The position numbers and the translations under genes are program-made. A DNA stretch of 64,000 bases from NCBI GenBank assembly GCA_049513715.1, contig JBEKVV010000008.1, positions 23,071 to 87,070 on the forward strand, read 5' to 3'. How positions within the stretch are numbered: the stretch's first letter is position 1; each line of letters opens with the position of its first letter. This document shows positions 38,727 through 48,741 of the stretch, piece by piece. The DNA is from Candidatus Bathyarchaeia archaeon. GTDB lineage: Archaea; Thermoproteota; Bathyarchaeia; 40CM-2-53-6. The notes below the pieces were generated by a model, which made no database searches, was not told the DNA's origin, and worked only from the letters and a program-made list of their open reading frames with translations.

Positions 38727-39322
38727 CGTTCATCAGACGGTTCTTCGCTGGTGTTGATTGCTCTATCGTTCGTTACATTGCCTCTTAGACTACTCCGTCA
38801 AATGTTGTCTGTAGGATTCAGTCCCGATATCAACCATGATGGTTTGGGAGTTGAATGTTTGACCTCATTCTGTGAAGAATCATGGTTTCGACATTTCAAA
38901 ATTCCTCGGCAAAAGCTGAAAATCTGTTTAAGACACCCGCGAAGCAACCGCTTGGTGCTGGTGGGCACAACGGCAGAAAACACGGTCGGGGAGCGTTGCG
39001 TTACGCATCCCTGTAAGCTGGCACGGTCACCTTATGGCGACACTCTTACTGACAACGATTTCTGCGCGACATGTGAATTAGACTGGGAGGAACACTGGGC
39101 CGAAACCAGGTACTGGTCAGATGGTACTGCAATATCAAATAACCTGGCCTCTCTGCTTTCGTGAGACCGGGTTAAAGTCGGTCAATGGCTTGTAGAAATA
39201 GTAGTTTCTCGTGATCTGCGACATGCCTTTGCTTGTCGTCTCGCCCCGAAGATACTTTCCCACCTCGTTGCCGGGGAACGTTTTTCGCGGCTTTCTGGAC
39301 CAAGTCAACCGTCCCTTGAGCG

Positions 39323-40915
39323 TTAGTCTCCTCTCATCATGGAAAGGAGTTTCGTTTCGTAGTCGAATATCGGGTTTGCCAACCAAGCAACTATGCGGGG
39401 CCGACATAGTAGAGATCTCAGATTCGAAACGTCCCCATTATCGACAGCTCCTGCAATCGGGGCCAAGGTCAGATAGATGGCCAGGAAGAGGAAACCGCCG
39501 ACGATCAAATTGCTTATTCCAATTCCCATAGTATCTAGTCGGATCAGTGCGATTGTTGGGACAGCAGCACCTAAAGAAACAAGTAGAATTCTTCCGCTGG
39601 CTTTTAGATCAGGACGAGCGCCAAGCAAGACGGAAGCCCGGTTCAGTCCGTACACTGTTGAAATCGCACTCGCAAGGATGTACGCGATCAGTAGCCCTAG
39701 TGGCCCCCAAAGCCATGTGAGGGCCGGACACAACGGCACGTAAATCGCGAGCGTCAAGATGCCTATTTTCAGGACGGTTCGAGTCAGGGCGACTCCGTTC
39801 AGAAAACTTCCGAGAATCAAGTAACCGACACCTGTCAAGAGGTAGAGCGAAGACAACAGTACGAGGTACTGGGGAGCGAACGCGTAGCTGCTGCCAAAGG
39901 TTAGGTAGATGAGATCTCGCGAGAAGATCATGACCACGATGGATGCAGGGATCATGAGCAGCGACGAGTACTTTACCGCTAACACAAACGCCCTCACAAG
40001 GTCGCCGCGTTGGTTCTTGGGATCCATCTTCGAGAACATTGGAAACATCGCTGTCGTGATAGGGTAGGTGAGAATCGTCATGAATGCGGTGAATGCCCAG
40101 GTTGCACTGAAGTTCCCGATCTGCACGTTACTTGCGAAATGAGCGAGCACGATGTTCTGGTATTGAGTGAGAAACACGGATAAGATTGCGGCGGCATAGA
40201 GAGGCAAACCATAGCCAAGTAGTGTACGCAACTCCATCGATGCCAGATTAGTTGGGCGACCTGAAGAGCGCGCATGTTTCGTGAAGAGAAGCATCGCGCC
40301 TGTCAGCCCAGCCGCGGCATAAGCCAGCACGTATCCCCAGATCGCGCCAGTAATCCCCAAGCCAACAAAGACAAGCACAGGCGCAAGCGTGCCCTTGAGG
40401 GTTGCCTGCATGATCTGGACGCTTGCACTGTACTGCATCAGATCTTGTCCGATGAATATGTTGGTCGTCGCGTCGTAGATAGCTTGGAAGACGATCATCA
40501 GCGAGGCGAGTTGAATGAATGGAGCTAACTCCGGCCTATTCAGTACAATGGTTGCGATCGTCGCTGAGCCGGCGTAACAGACTACGGAGGCTATTGTGCT
40601 GATTGCGAGTTTGAGGAGAAATCCTAACTTGATCAGCCTGTTTGCTCGCGCGTGGTCGCCTTCGGCTCTGAGCCTTGCTGGTAATCTAATCAGCGCATAG
40701 TTCATGCCCACATCCGCGAGAGCCACAAGGAGCACAGGAACCGTGACAGTCAACGTGTAAAGGCCATAACTGAATGGCCCAAGAAGACGCGCAACAACGA
40801 TCGCGCCCACTGCTAAGATTACGGTTGAGGAAGCGTTTCCGATGAACAGGAATAGTCCGCCTCGAGCGGCTTTCTGGGCGATCGTGGTCAACTCATCGGA
40901 GGACATGACTTTCAA
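39323..40915 (-). CDS. Oligosaccharide flippase (MOP/Wzx/AglR-like)
   Basis: ARLLGPFSYGLY, LADVG, about 14 TM, MFPMFS. Confidence 0.92.
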   Translation of the reverse strand: MKVMSSDELTTIAQKAARGGLFLFIGNASSTVILAVGAIVVARLLGPFSYGLYTLTVTVPVLLVALADVGMNYALIRLPARLRAEGDHARANRLIKLGFLLKLAISTIASVVCYAGSATIATIVLNRPELAPFIQLASLMIVFQAIYDATTNIFIGQDLMQYSASVQIMQATLKGTLAPVLVFVGLGITGAIWGYVLAYAAAGLTGAMLLFTKHARSSGRPTNLASMELRTLLGYGLPLYAAAILSVFLTQYQNIVLAHFASNVQIGNFSATWAFTAFMTILTYPITTAMFPMFSKMDPKNQRGDLVRAFVLAVKYSSLLMIPASIVVMIFSRDLIYLTFGSSYAFAPQYLVLLSSLYLLTGVGYLILGSFLNGVALTRTVLKIGILTLAIYVPLCPALTWLWGPLGLLIAYILASAISTVYGLNRASVLLGARPDLKASGRILLVSLGAAVPTIALIRLDTMGIGISNLIVGGFLFLAIYLTLAPIAGAVDNGDVSNLRSLLCRPRIVAWLANPIFDYETKLLSMMRGD

Positions 40916-40952
40916 CTCGTCTTATCGGGGCGCTTAGCGTGGTGTGGTAAGT
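40867..40952. repeat. 86-bp direct repeat, copy 1 (copy 2 42006..42091)
   Basis: 84/86 identical; covers the flippase 5' end and upstream sequence. Confidence 0.95.
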
Positions 40953-40999
40953 CGCTGCAGCTTATGGCATACGGTTCCAAACCCAGAGACTTAGCCTCC

Positions 41000-41473
41000 T
41001 CAATCCGAAGGCGACTCACTGATTGCTTTGCTTGAGACGAAGCTTCCGTATCTTCTGGACAGCAAATCGAGCATCTGCCTAGGAGAAAGGATCCTAATTC
41101 CTTTGAATTTCTTGAGGTCCAGCAGGTGATGGTCTCCGCTGACCACGAATTCGCATTTTCCATCGTAGGCCGCGTTCAGAATCGTGTTGTCTGCGGGATC
41201 TTCTTTCACGGCCTTGAATTCAGATCTAACCTCAATCATCTGCGACGTTTTCCTGAGGAGCCTCGCCAACTCTTCAACGCTGGCGAGAGTGTAGTCAAAC
41301 CTGACGAGCAGCTCATCCCTTGCCATCACTCGCGTAAATTCTCGGATTATTTGTTCAGAGAGAACAAGTTGCATGTCTTCAAGGGTCAGGGCGACGTCCA
41401 ACACTCTTGCCGAATTCCCTGTCCTTGAAATGAAGGCGGAGACCAATACGTTTGTGTCGAGTATTACTCTCAT
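41000..41473 (-). CDS. vapC: PIN-domain toxin
   Basis: VILDTNVLVSA, DPADN, VSGDHHLL. Confidence 0.92.
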   Translation of the reverse strand: MRVILDTNVLVSAFISRTGNSARVLDVALTLEDMQLVLSEQIIREFTRVMARDELLVRFDYTLASVEELARLLRKTSQMIEVRSEFKAVKEDPADNTILNAAYDGKCEFVVSGDHHLLDLKKFKGIRILSPRQMLDLLSRRYGSFVSSKAISESPSD

Positions 41474-41745
41474 TCACGCGACTTTCTAACAGCGTGGACG
41501 AGCCTCTCGATTTCCTTCTCTGAGAGGCCGTGCGTTTTGACGGAAGACCTAGCCTCAGCGAGAAGCTTCTTGAGTTTCAACTTCTCCTCGGAGAGTTGGA
41601 GCTTTCTCAGGACTATGATGTCTTCAAACCCGACGACGAGAAACTTGGTCCCTTCCTTCAACCCCATCTTTCTTCTGACTTGGGTCGGGATCACAACCTG
41701 CCCCTTTTGTGAAAGCCTGGTTAGTTCAAGAGCCATACGATTCAC
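41470..41745 (-). CDS. AbrB/MazE-family antitoxin
   Basis: SQKGQVVIPTQVRRKMGLKEG; overlaps the toxin start. Confidence 0.92.
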   Translation of the reverse strand: MNRMALELTRLSQKGQVVIPTQVRRKMGLKEGTKFLVVGFEDIIVLRKLQLSEEKLKLKKLLAEARSSVKTHGLSEKEIERLVHAVRKSRE

Positions 41746-41747
41746 TT

Positions 41748-41765
41748 AGTAAGATATGTCTTACT
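41748..41765. promoter_or_regulatory. Palindromic operator
   Basis: AGTAAGA-TATG-TCTTACT just upstream of AbrB. Confidence 0.65.
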
Positions 41766-41888
41766 TCGGCCATATATGCCTATCTCGTTCGTTCACAGGG
41801 CTTCATCACTTGTCCTTGGACGTCGCATCGGCACCTAAAGCGGGGACGACTTATGCCGAACGGGTCAGAGAGAAAATCGCTTGGCCAG

Positions 41889-41996
41889 TCACGATTGTTT
41901 CCTCAACGAGACTATCTTGTCGGTCGCTTCGCGGGTTTGGACTACGTATCGGCTATGCTCAAGTTTGATGAGTAGCTTGCTCAACGAGTAAGGTTC
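41889..41996 (-). pseudogene. 3' fragment of the recurrent MarR-like wHTH gene
   Basis: EPYSLSKLLIKLEHSRYVVQTREATDKIVSLRKQS*; about 89/108 nt identical to 60203..60310. Confidence 0.8.
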
Positions 41997-42005
41997 GATA
42001 CTGAC

Positions 42006-42091
42006 CGGCTTTCTGGGCGATCGTGGTCAACTCATCGGACGACATGACTTTCAACTCATCTTATCGGGGCGCTTAGCGTGGTGTGGTAAGT
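42006..42091. repeat. 86-bp direct repeat, copy 2
   Basis: See 40867..40952. Confidence 0.95.
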
Positions 42092-42134
42092 GGGCGTGCG
42101 CATTACTGAGATTGCGGAGTCTTATTACTCTCAT

Positions 42135-42500
42135 GTGACATCCTCCCACGGCTAAAGCTCGTGGGCTTCCTGGTTCCTTGATCCTGCTTGCTTCACAACT
42201 ACGGGTTGTTGGAGTAGAGGCTTGATCTCCGCACGCGTAGATTCGGCTGTGCCCCAACCTACTTTCTTCAATATGTTTCGTGCGGCGTTCAAATCCCTGT
42301 CAATAGTAAGTCCACACTTCGGACATTCATGGATTCTTTCGGAGAGGTTCTTTGGAACATGGAATCCGCACCTTGAGCAATCTCTCGTAGTTCCATACGG
42401 GTCCACTGCCTCCACGCTCTTACCAGCTTCTTCCGCTTTGTAAGATGTGAAAAGTAGTTGACCCCAGCCAGCGTGAATTGTCCCTTTGAGGTTATTTTCA
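42135..42500 (-). mobile_element. tnpB: IS200/IS605 relic: tnpB 3' fragment plus right end
   Basis: YKAEEAG, TTRDCSRCG, HECPKCG, DRDLNAARNI; hairpin CCCACGAGCTTTAGCCGTGGG...TCAC. Confidence 0.88.
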
Positions 42501-42936
42501 CGACTTGGCTGACAGCCGCCGACCTTCCCCTGGCTAAAGTAAGGATTCCTTACACAAATACCTAGTCCACCAATGGTCCATGATGCAGGCAACTCAGATG
42601 TACATGGGAAGATCAGACTAGCGGCGATCTAACCAGTAAACGCCTTTCTCCTAATGCCTATGATTCTCCACCCGGATTATTTTGGGGTGATGTTAGAAAG
42701 AACGTGTGATTGGTTTGAAGTTTGGTCGGGTCTGCTGTTGTTGGGATGCGTAGGTGGCTAATGCAAGGCTCCACAATTGATCGTAATGAGTTCAGGCTGG
42801 GTGACTGAATTTTTGGCCTCCCAGATCTCTTAGGTTCGCGTTGACAGGTGATCTGGGGATCGGATGTTGTCGCGCTTGCGGACACGCAAATCGCTTCGAA
42901 GGCTCTGTGGGACCTTATGATGTGTCAGCAGGTTTA

Positions 42937-42957
42937 TGTTATACGTTGCGTATAACA
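42937..42957. promoter_or_regulatory. Palindromic operator
   Basis: TGTTATACG-TTG-CGTATAACA, a perfect 9-bp inverted repeat upstream of RHH. Confidence 0.7.
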
Positions 42958-42972
42958 GAACCTTGATCGTGC

Positions 42973-43242
42973 TTGACTGTCGTTCCAATCAGACTGAGCC
43001 GTCAGGATGCAAGGAAGCTGGACCGACTAGTTAAGATGGGAATTTACCGGAGTCGGACGGAGGCGATAAGGGCCATGATCCAAGTAGGAGCCGATGAGCG
43101 GGTAGCCAAATACCTCATGAACGAAACCGTTCGGGATGCTTTGAATGAGCTCCTAGAATACGAGAAGCGTGACGGAAGCAACCCCCTTCGCATAATCACA
43201 AGGAAGACTGCGGCAGAGATTGTAGCCGAAGGTAGGCAGTGA
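42973..43242 (+). CDS. Ribbon-helix-helix antitoxin
   Basis: VPIRLS...LDRLVKMGIYRSRTEAIR. Confidence 0.88.
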   Translation: MTVVPIRLSRQDARKLDRLVKMGIYRSRTEAIRAMIQVGADERVAKYLMNETVRDALNELLEYEKRDGSNPLRIITRKTAAEIVAEGRQ

Positions 43243-43781
43243 CGGCAACCTATCTCGATACGAGTGTTATCTTAGCGCGCTACATACCTTCAGATCCGAG
43301 CTTTCACAGCGTCGAGAATTTCTTCAAGAGGATGTCTGAGCCCAGGTACATTTCAGAAATATCGATCTTGGAGTTGTATTGCGTGTTCTCACGCCTTATC
43401 AATGGGGCGTCCCTCAGCGCCCTCGATGGCGTAAGAGGCTTCGGTCAGCTAACGATCGATGAGAAGGTGCGAGTGGCCGTTGAGCATGCAGTCCGAACAT
43501 GGAGAGTAAAGGTAATGGTGCCAGAAAGAACATTCGTTCGGCTGCCGCTTTCGAAGCAGACCTTTGAAATTGCGCATGAACTTTTCGAAGCCATCAGGTC
43601 TTCGCCAGTGGTTGGCTTGAAGACGCTGGACGCACTCCATGTGGCTTACGCACACTCAATAAGGGAACTTGTCCCCGACCTTAACACCTTCACAACACTC
43701 GACAAGGATATCTTGTCAAAAAGCGAAGCGATCCAGAAAGAAACTGATATCAGGGTTGTGACTATTCTGGCGGGTGAATGA
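43239..43781 (+). CDS. vapC: PIN-domain toxin
   Basis: YLDTSVIL, LKTLDALHVAYA, FTTLD. Confidence 0.9.
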   Translation: MTATYLDTSVILARYIPSDPSFHSVENFFKRMSEPRYISEISILELYCVFSRLINGASLSALDGVRGFGQLTIDEKVRVAVEHAVRTWRVKVMVPERTFVRLPLSKQTFEIAHELFEAIRSSPVVGLKTLDALHVAYAHSIRELVPDLNTFTTLDKDILSKSEAIQKETDIRVVTILAGE

Positions 43782-43908
43782 ACTAGGTTTGAAATCCATG
43801 GGGACGGTTATGTTGATACGAACTTCCTGGATATCGGACTAATTCAAGAGAACTGGTTCAAGCACTCTGATAGGCTACACGAAACGAAACCTTCATGATG
43901 CCCTGGGT

Positions 43909-44298
43909 CTAGCCTAAAGTTTGTCTTAACTCGGGGTGGCGAGTCTTCGAAGCAACGGGTTTCTGATTTTCTTCGAGTGCTTGCTCCATTGATTTTCTGG
44001 CCAGGGCCATGTCGAGCTTGATAAGTTGTTTCACAACATCGTTCTTTCTATCCAGCTCGTACAACGTAGCTCTTCCAATCTTCCTGCTAACCGTCAACGC
44101 ACCCGACTTCTCAAGTTCCTTCCAATACTTGAAGAAGGTAACGCGGCTCATTGCCAAGCTCTTCGCGATCTCATTCTTCGAGTAGTCTGATAGGGGATTG
44201 TCTAGGAAGAAGTCAACTATTCGGAGGATGGGGGCTGCTCCGAGATACCTCAGTAGCAGTGTTTCGTTTCGTGCGTAGGACGTAGTAATCGTCACCAT
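43909..44298 (-). CDS. Winged-helix protein
   Basis: RIVDFFLDNP...YSKNEIA...RKIGRATLYEL. Confidence 0.8.
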   Translation of the reverse strand: MVTITTSYARNETLLLRYLGAAPILRIVDFFLDNPLSDYSKNEIAKSLAMSRVTFFKYWKELEKSGALTVSRKIGRATLYELDRKNDVVKQLIKLDMALARKSMEQALEENQKPVASKTRHPELRQTLG

Positions 44299-44660
44299 CG
44301 TCGTCGCCGCGCGCTTGACCGTGGTCGGTTGATGCTTTTCCGTTCAAGTCCCAGTTTTCTTCTTTTCTGTTTGCAATCAACACAGCCGCATATCGTAGTT
44401 ATCCAGTAAGGGGGCATATGAGAGTAGGATGCCCGGGCACCGTAGCTCCGGCTGAGCCTGATTTCTAACATGTATGCTTCGTCAGTCGATTCGTGCCAGA
44501 GGTGTATACCGACATTGTTCCAGACCGGTCTTGATTGGTTGAACGCCAGGTCTAGGTTATCCCAATCTTCAGGCAGCCTGTGGTAAAGGAAGCCTATGTC
44601 AATCTCCCAACTTCCAAGTTTCATTGTCCAGGAACACAACCAGGACTTCGAACTGTGCAC
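44292..44660 (-). CDS. Hypothetical protein with CxCxxC and a basic tail
   Basis: Overlaps the wHTH start; CGCVDC. Confidence 0.5.
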   Translation of the reverse strand: MHSSKSWLCSWTMKLGSWEIDIGFLYHRLPEDWDNLDLAFNQSRPVWNNVGIHLWHESTDEAYMLEIRLSRSYGARASYSHMPPYWITTICGCVDCKQKRRKLGLERKSINRPRSSARRRRW

Positions 44661-44732
44661 GACGTTACAAGGATTATTTCGACAATTCGACTAGGGAAAT
44701 TGGAGAACGAATCGACAATTTGACACTGACTA

Positions 44733-44939
44733 CTATGCTGCGACTTCTTTCTTAGCTAGTGCTTGAACCATTAATGGAACGTTTTTGCTGGCATTCAGCA
44801 CTTCGAGGAAAAGAGGTTCGCCCGTCTTGGCCAGGTGGATGACAATGTCACCCATTTCCTCAGCATGCGAGAGTTGGCCAGATTCGGAGACGATGAACAT
44901 CAGGACGTCTGACTCTGCGTCGTATTTGAGCCTAGACAT
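44733..44939 (-). CDS. DUF2283 family putative antitoxin
   Basis: LKYDAESDVL...GEPLFLEVLNAS. Confidence 0.85.
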   Translation of the reverse strand: MSRLKYDAESDVLMFIVSESGQLSHAEEMGDIVIHLAKTGEPLFLEVLNASKNVPLMVQALAKKEVAA

Positions 44940-45070
44940 TGTACCTCGTCCTCTTCACAGGGTAGAAGGTTACGACGACCATATTATCGTTGGTTTGCCT
45001 GTAGACCACTCTAAGAGCGATTTCACCATCCATCGGCTTAGTAGCCAACGCTGGTCATCTCGATACACGG
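44932..45070 (-). pseudogene. Truncated DUF4258-like toxin
   Basis: Manual translation: ...ALRVVYRQTNDNMVVVTFYPVKRTRYNV*, overlapping the DUF2283 start; 5' part missing. Confidence 0.65.
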
Positions 45071-45086
45071 GAGGGGCTGTACGGTT

Positions 45087-45356
45087 TCAGTAGCCTTTCC
45101 CTCTGTGAAACATGTCTGTCACGTAGACCACATTGCCCTCGACCGCGTAGACCGCCCGGTAGTCACCGATTCTCAGGCGAAAAAGGTCTTGTCTTCCTCG
45201 TGTTCCCTTTAGCCGAATAATGTCTGTGCCAGAACGATGTTGAAACGGGTCCATTTGGAGAGTCCGTAGCGCTCTGATGATGCTGGAGCGAAGCTTGGGC
45301 GGCATTCCCGCAGGAGTCTTGGCAACCTCCCGGTGAAGCTTAACCGCGTAAGGCAT
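45087..45356 (-). CDS. relE: RelE/ParE-family toxin
   Basis: FRLRIGDYRAVY...HRGKGY. Confidence 0.9.
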   Translation of the reverse strand: MPYAVKLHREVAKTPAGMPPKLRSSIIRALRTLQMDPFQHRSGTDIIRLKGTRGRQDLFRLRIGDYRAVYAVEGNVVYVTDMFHRGKGY

Positions 45357-45541
45357 CAGATCTCGTCCAAGGAAACGAAGGCATTCTTGTCCTTCAAGCG
45401 TTCGTATTGCATCGCCATGAATTCTTCATATTCGACCAGCGAGATGAGTCGCTTTAAGAGCTGATCGTAGGTTTCGCCCTTTCTTCCAAGGGACCGCAAC
45501 CGTTCTCTTGTTTCCTTCTCCAACGGAATGGTCGTAGTCAT
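45356..45541 (-). CDS. Antitoxin partner of RelE
   Basis: TTIPLEKETRERLRSLGRKGETYDQLL...VSLDEI. Confidence 0.8.
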   Translation of the reverse strand: MTTTIPLEKETRERLRSLGRKGETYDQLLKRLISLVEYEEFMAMQYERLKDKNAFVSLDEI

Positions 45542-45854
45542 CTAAGGTCCACTATAAGTGACTATGAGGTACTTATAATCGTTTATAGTTAGATTAAGGC
45601 GACACACATTTGTTAAGGTTCGAACACCGAGGGAAGGTCTACCGCTAGAAAGCAATTACACCCATAAGTGCACTAAATCATAGCCCCATGTGAGGGCGTT
45701 TGCTGACTGTCAGAAACCGTAAGGTTCCGGTGGCCGGACGACTTCAGTTGTAAATTGTCGTGGGTAGCGGATTCACTCATGCAGGCCTCATCTCAGACTG
45801 AAGTTTGGGGGTTTGCGTTCGCCTTACTTTCCATTAGGATCCGGGAGTGGCTGT

Positions 45855-46250
45855 CTAGAACCAGGTTCTTGATATGCCTTTGATCTCGTCATAGTGATGA
45901 TCATCTGAGAGGATCTTGGCTTTCTTCGCCAGGGCGGTGGAGGCGATTATGCAGTCGCCGGTTGGTATGTTCGGGTGCATGCTCTTCAGGAGGCCTGCTT
46001 CTTTTGCTATTTCGGCTGTAAGGTCGGCGATTGTGAGGCCGCTTCTTTTGAGAGATAGGTATCTGATGGTTGCTTCTTCTCTCCCGCGTTTGTCGGAGAC
46101 GTAGCGCACGATTTCGGTGATAACTATCGTGGGTAGGATGCCGGTTCTCTTCTCCACTAGGGTTCTGAGCCGCTTGGAAGCCTTCGATTTTGTCTCCTGG
46201 TTGTCGGAGAGAAAGTACTCGAGTAGGAATCTTGAATCGATGACCTCCAA
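45855..46250 (-). CDS. vapC: PIN-domain toxin
   Basis: VIDSRFLL, GDCIIASTA, ILSDDHHY. Confidence 0.9.
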   Translation of the reverse strand: MEVIDSRFLLEYFLSDNQETKSKASKRLRTLVEKRTGILPTIVITEIVRYVSDKRGREEATIRYLSLKRSGLTIADLTAEIAKEAGLLKSMHPNIPTGDCIIASTALAKKAKILSDDHHYDEIKGISRTWF

Positions 46251-46256
46251 GATCTT

Positions 46257-46499
46257 CTAGTATTCCTCCCGCATTCTTTCGATCATCTTTCTGGCCGCTT
46301 CTACCGTGCCATACTTTGCGTCCACGCCTGCGAGATCCATGAGGTCAGGCACTCGGCGAACCAGTAGTCCGTGTTCAGCTTCCTCAATCAGCAGGTCGTC
46401 ACCCTCTTTGATGCCAAGTCTCATTCGGTGTTCTATGGGAAGGGTTGTTTGACCCCTTCTCGTGACCTTCACCACTACTCCCAACGCTGGTCCCGGCAT
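46257..46499 (-). CDS. AbrB-family antitoxin
   Basis: KVTRRGQTTLP...LGIKEGD. Confidence 0.9.
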   Translation of the reverse strand: MPGPALGVVVKVTRRGQTTLPIEHRMRLGIKEGDDLLIEEAEHGLLVRRVPDLMDLAGVDAKYGTVEAARKMIERMREEY

Positions 46500-46831
46500 G
46501 ATATGACGTTATCCTACTCTATAAGGTAATTCCTATTTAGAAGCGAAATTCCTGAACGACGCGAGTGCGACGTTTTCGTGATATTTGACAGTTAGATGAG
46601 AACCTCTCTCCTTCTCCTACCGGTCTGACTGGTAGGCGAAGGAGTCGTACCTGTTCCGAGCTTTGAATCTGGGATATCCCGCAAATGTACCGACCCGGTC
46701 TATTGCGTCGGGCATAATTGAGAGACCATCATCCCAGCTTTGGGTCACCGCTCGAGCTGAGAGGACCATACGGCGAGAGGCTGACGATCTTGTCGTTTCC
46801 CTCGCGCCTACGAGTTATCTTGGCGTTCGTA

Positions 46832-47230
46832 CTATTCGAAGATCCTCTTGATGCCTTTCACTTTGTCGAAGGCCCTGTCGTTTGAGTAGATCTCTGTAAG
46901 TTTCAGGCGTTCCATCTGTGCAAGGTACACTCTATCAAAGAACTCCAAGCGCGGGTACGAGAGCTCGAGTTCCCCGGCCCGTTTCTCGTCGGAGTATATG
47001 GTTTCGGACTTCTGCAAGGTTAGGTATGAGTCGAGGGCGCTCAGGAACGTGGCCACGTAAGTTTTCTTCTTGCGATATTCGAGCCATGCGCAAACCTCGG
47101 CTATCACCAAGCTTGATGCAACCGCCTCCTCGCCGGACCCAATTCTTTCAAGGATTCTTCTGGCCGCAGGTCCGAACTCAGGGTTAGCGGTTATCACGTA
47201 GAGAAAGATGTTTGTCTCAACGAACCTCAA
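46832..47230 (-). CDS. vapC: PIN-domain toxin
   Basis: FVETNIFLY (E in place of the usual D), FDRVYLA, IYSNDRAFD. Confidence 0.88.
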   Translation of the reverse strand: MRFVETNIFLYVITANPEFGPAARRILERIGSGEEAVASSLVIAEVCAWLEYRKKKTYVATFLSALDSYLTLQKSETIYSDEKRAGELELSYPRLEFFDRVYLAQMERLKLTEIYSNDRAFDKVKGIKRIFE

Positions 47231-47493
47231 GCTGCTGGCATCCCTAGTCTCTTCCTCTTGGCAATAGCCTCCCGTACCTGTCTCTTGGGGTTTCCACCTT
47301 CAACCTTCCGCGCGAGCCCCCAGATTGCCTCGGTCGGTTTCTTGATAGCTACAGAAGGGCTGATCACTAACTTCGCCCCTACTTGTTCGACCTCGAGCGT
47401 AGAACCCGACTTTATCCCTAGGCTCCTTCTGAGCCTTCTTGGAAGCGTGACTCTGTGCTTCTCATCCACAACCACCTGAGTCAAATTTCCCAC
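47227..47493 (-). CDS. AbrB-family antitoxin
   Basis: VDEKHRVTLPRRLRRSLGIKSG. Confidence 0.88.
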   Translation of the reverse strand: MGNLTQVVVDEKHRVTLPRRLRRSLGIKSGSTLEVEQVGAKLVISPSVAIKKPTEAIWGLARKVEGGNPKRQVREAIAKRKRLGMPAA

Positions 47494-47526
47494 AATCTCT
47501 GACCCACCCTAAGAGTGGGAATAGTA

Positions 47527-48034
47527 GTGATGTCCTCCTACGTTTAAAGGCTGTGGGCTTCTCGCTTCAATGCCGTAGCTTCGGATTGTTTCGTCTGATC
47601 TGTAGCGCTAGGCTTCTGAGTTCTGTTCTGCTTAATGACTTACGGTGCTGTTGATAATGCTGAATTTTCTCAGCTCTCAGCGTGTTGTACAGTTCACATA
47701 GGGCGCGTAGGCTGCGTTTAAGCCGCATCTCCTGCCCTGAATTCGGGTAGATTCGGTACTTATAGGCCGAGAGCATGTCCGATTGCAAAATGGTTCACGC
47801 ATTTATCTGTTGCAGGCTCGCTTTCATCCTCTCGTATCCGGAAATAATTTCGTATATGAAGTTAAGCTTCTAAGGGTGAAACTCAACAATCGAAAGATTC
47901 GGTGGCTCATCCAAGAGAAACTGAAGGGGAGAGGCAGCGGAGAACTGGCGTGCCTCGTCTCGACAACGCGGATTTGGCGCTGCCGCGCACGCAATTCATC
48001 CAACCGCTAAAAGCACGTGGGGTTTCTTGCTCAA
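47527..48034 (-). mobile_element. Internally deleted IS200/IS605 element: tnpB 5' fragment fused to the right end, with a left-end-like hairpin near 47991-48034
   Basis: AYKYRIYPN tnpB N-terminus joined to a right end nearly identical to 51946-51993. Confidence 0.8.
47876..47960 (+). pseudogene. IS481-like transposase N-terminal remnant
   Basis: MKLNNRKIRWLIQEKLKGRGSGELA, then decays. Confidence 0.45.
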
Positions 48035-48338
48035 ATCCGTTCTAATCGCCCGCACGAGTGACATTACCCCCAAACACTACCTGAGTACAGTCTAATGGAA
48101 TTACTTCAGATTACGCTTATGATGTGAGGGCATTCGTTTTTGCCATTGCGCTGCGCGACCTGATGGGTGGCATGCGAATTCATGCCTGGGTTGTTAAAGG
48201 ACAGCGAACGTGTTGACGATCGACAGCGATCGCGCCACCGCCTTCTCGCCGGACAGGATGGCCCCGTCCAAGCCACCATCGGGCCGGAAAAGTGAGCCGT
48301 TTATAGGCAAAGGTCATGATCATCACGGGAGGATGCAG

Positions 48339-48572
48339 ATGGCCTCGGTGAGATATACGGCGGTGTTGGAACCTGCTGAAGAGGGCGGGTTTGTGGTAAA
48401 GTGCGTAGAGCTCCCTGTTGCCACGGAAGGTGAGACCAAAGAGGAGGCTCTCGCAAACCTAAAGGAGGCAATTGAAGGCTACCTCGAGGTCAAAGCGGAG
48501 AGGTTGAGAGAGCAGACGAAAGGAGAAAGAGTCGAGGTCATTGTCGAAGCTCCCTCTGCTCTCATGGCGTGA
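48339..48572 (+). CDS. hicB: HicB-family antitoxin
   Basis: YTAVLEPAEEGGFVVKCVELP...EGETKEEALANLKEAIEGYL. Confidence 0.9.
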   Translation: MASVRYTAVLEPAEEGGFVVKCVELPVATEGETKEEALANLKEAIEGYLEVKAERLREQTKGERVEVIVEAPSALMA

Positions 48573-48741
48573 AGTCGTTAAAGTCCTAGGCAAAGTCGGA
48601 TTTTTTTTGGTTGAGGAAGTAATCTTGAGACGGTTGCCGAAGGCGAAGGCTAGCGCCAGAGAAATAGCGGAGATTAAGAAGTCTATCGCGGAAATGAGAG
48701 CTGGCGAAAGCGTGACCTTGGAAGAACTCGCATGTGCCTAG
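48541..48741 (+). pseudogene. HicA N-terminal fragment fused to another antitoxin C-terminus
   Basis: MSKLPLLSWREVVKVLGKVGF (HicA) lacks the GSH motif, then EIAEIKKSIAEMRAGESVTLEEL. Confidence 0.65.

Noticed and set aside
38751-39320. ORFs between the small membrane gene and the flippase
   Set aside because: No recognisable motifs and conflicting overlapping frames; probably decayed sequence.
45611-45640. tRNA T-loop-like GGTTCGAA (also GGTTCGAT at ~41992) as an att site
   Set aside because: No T-stem pairing or cloverleaf could be formed.
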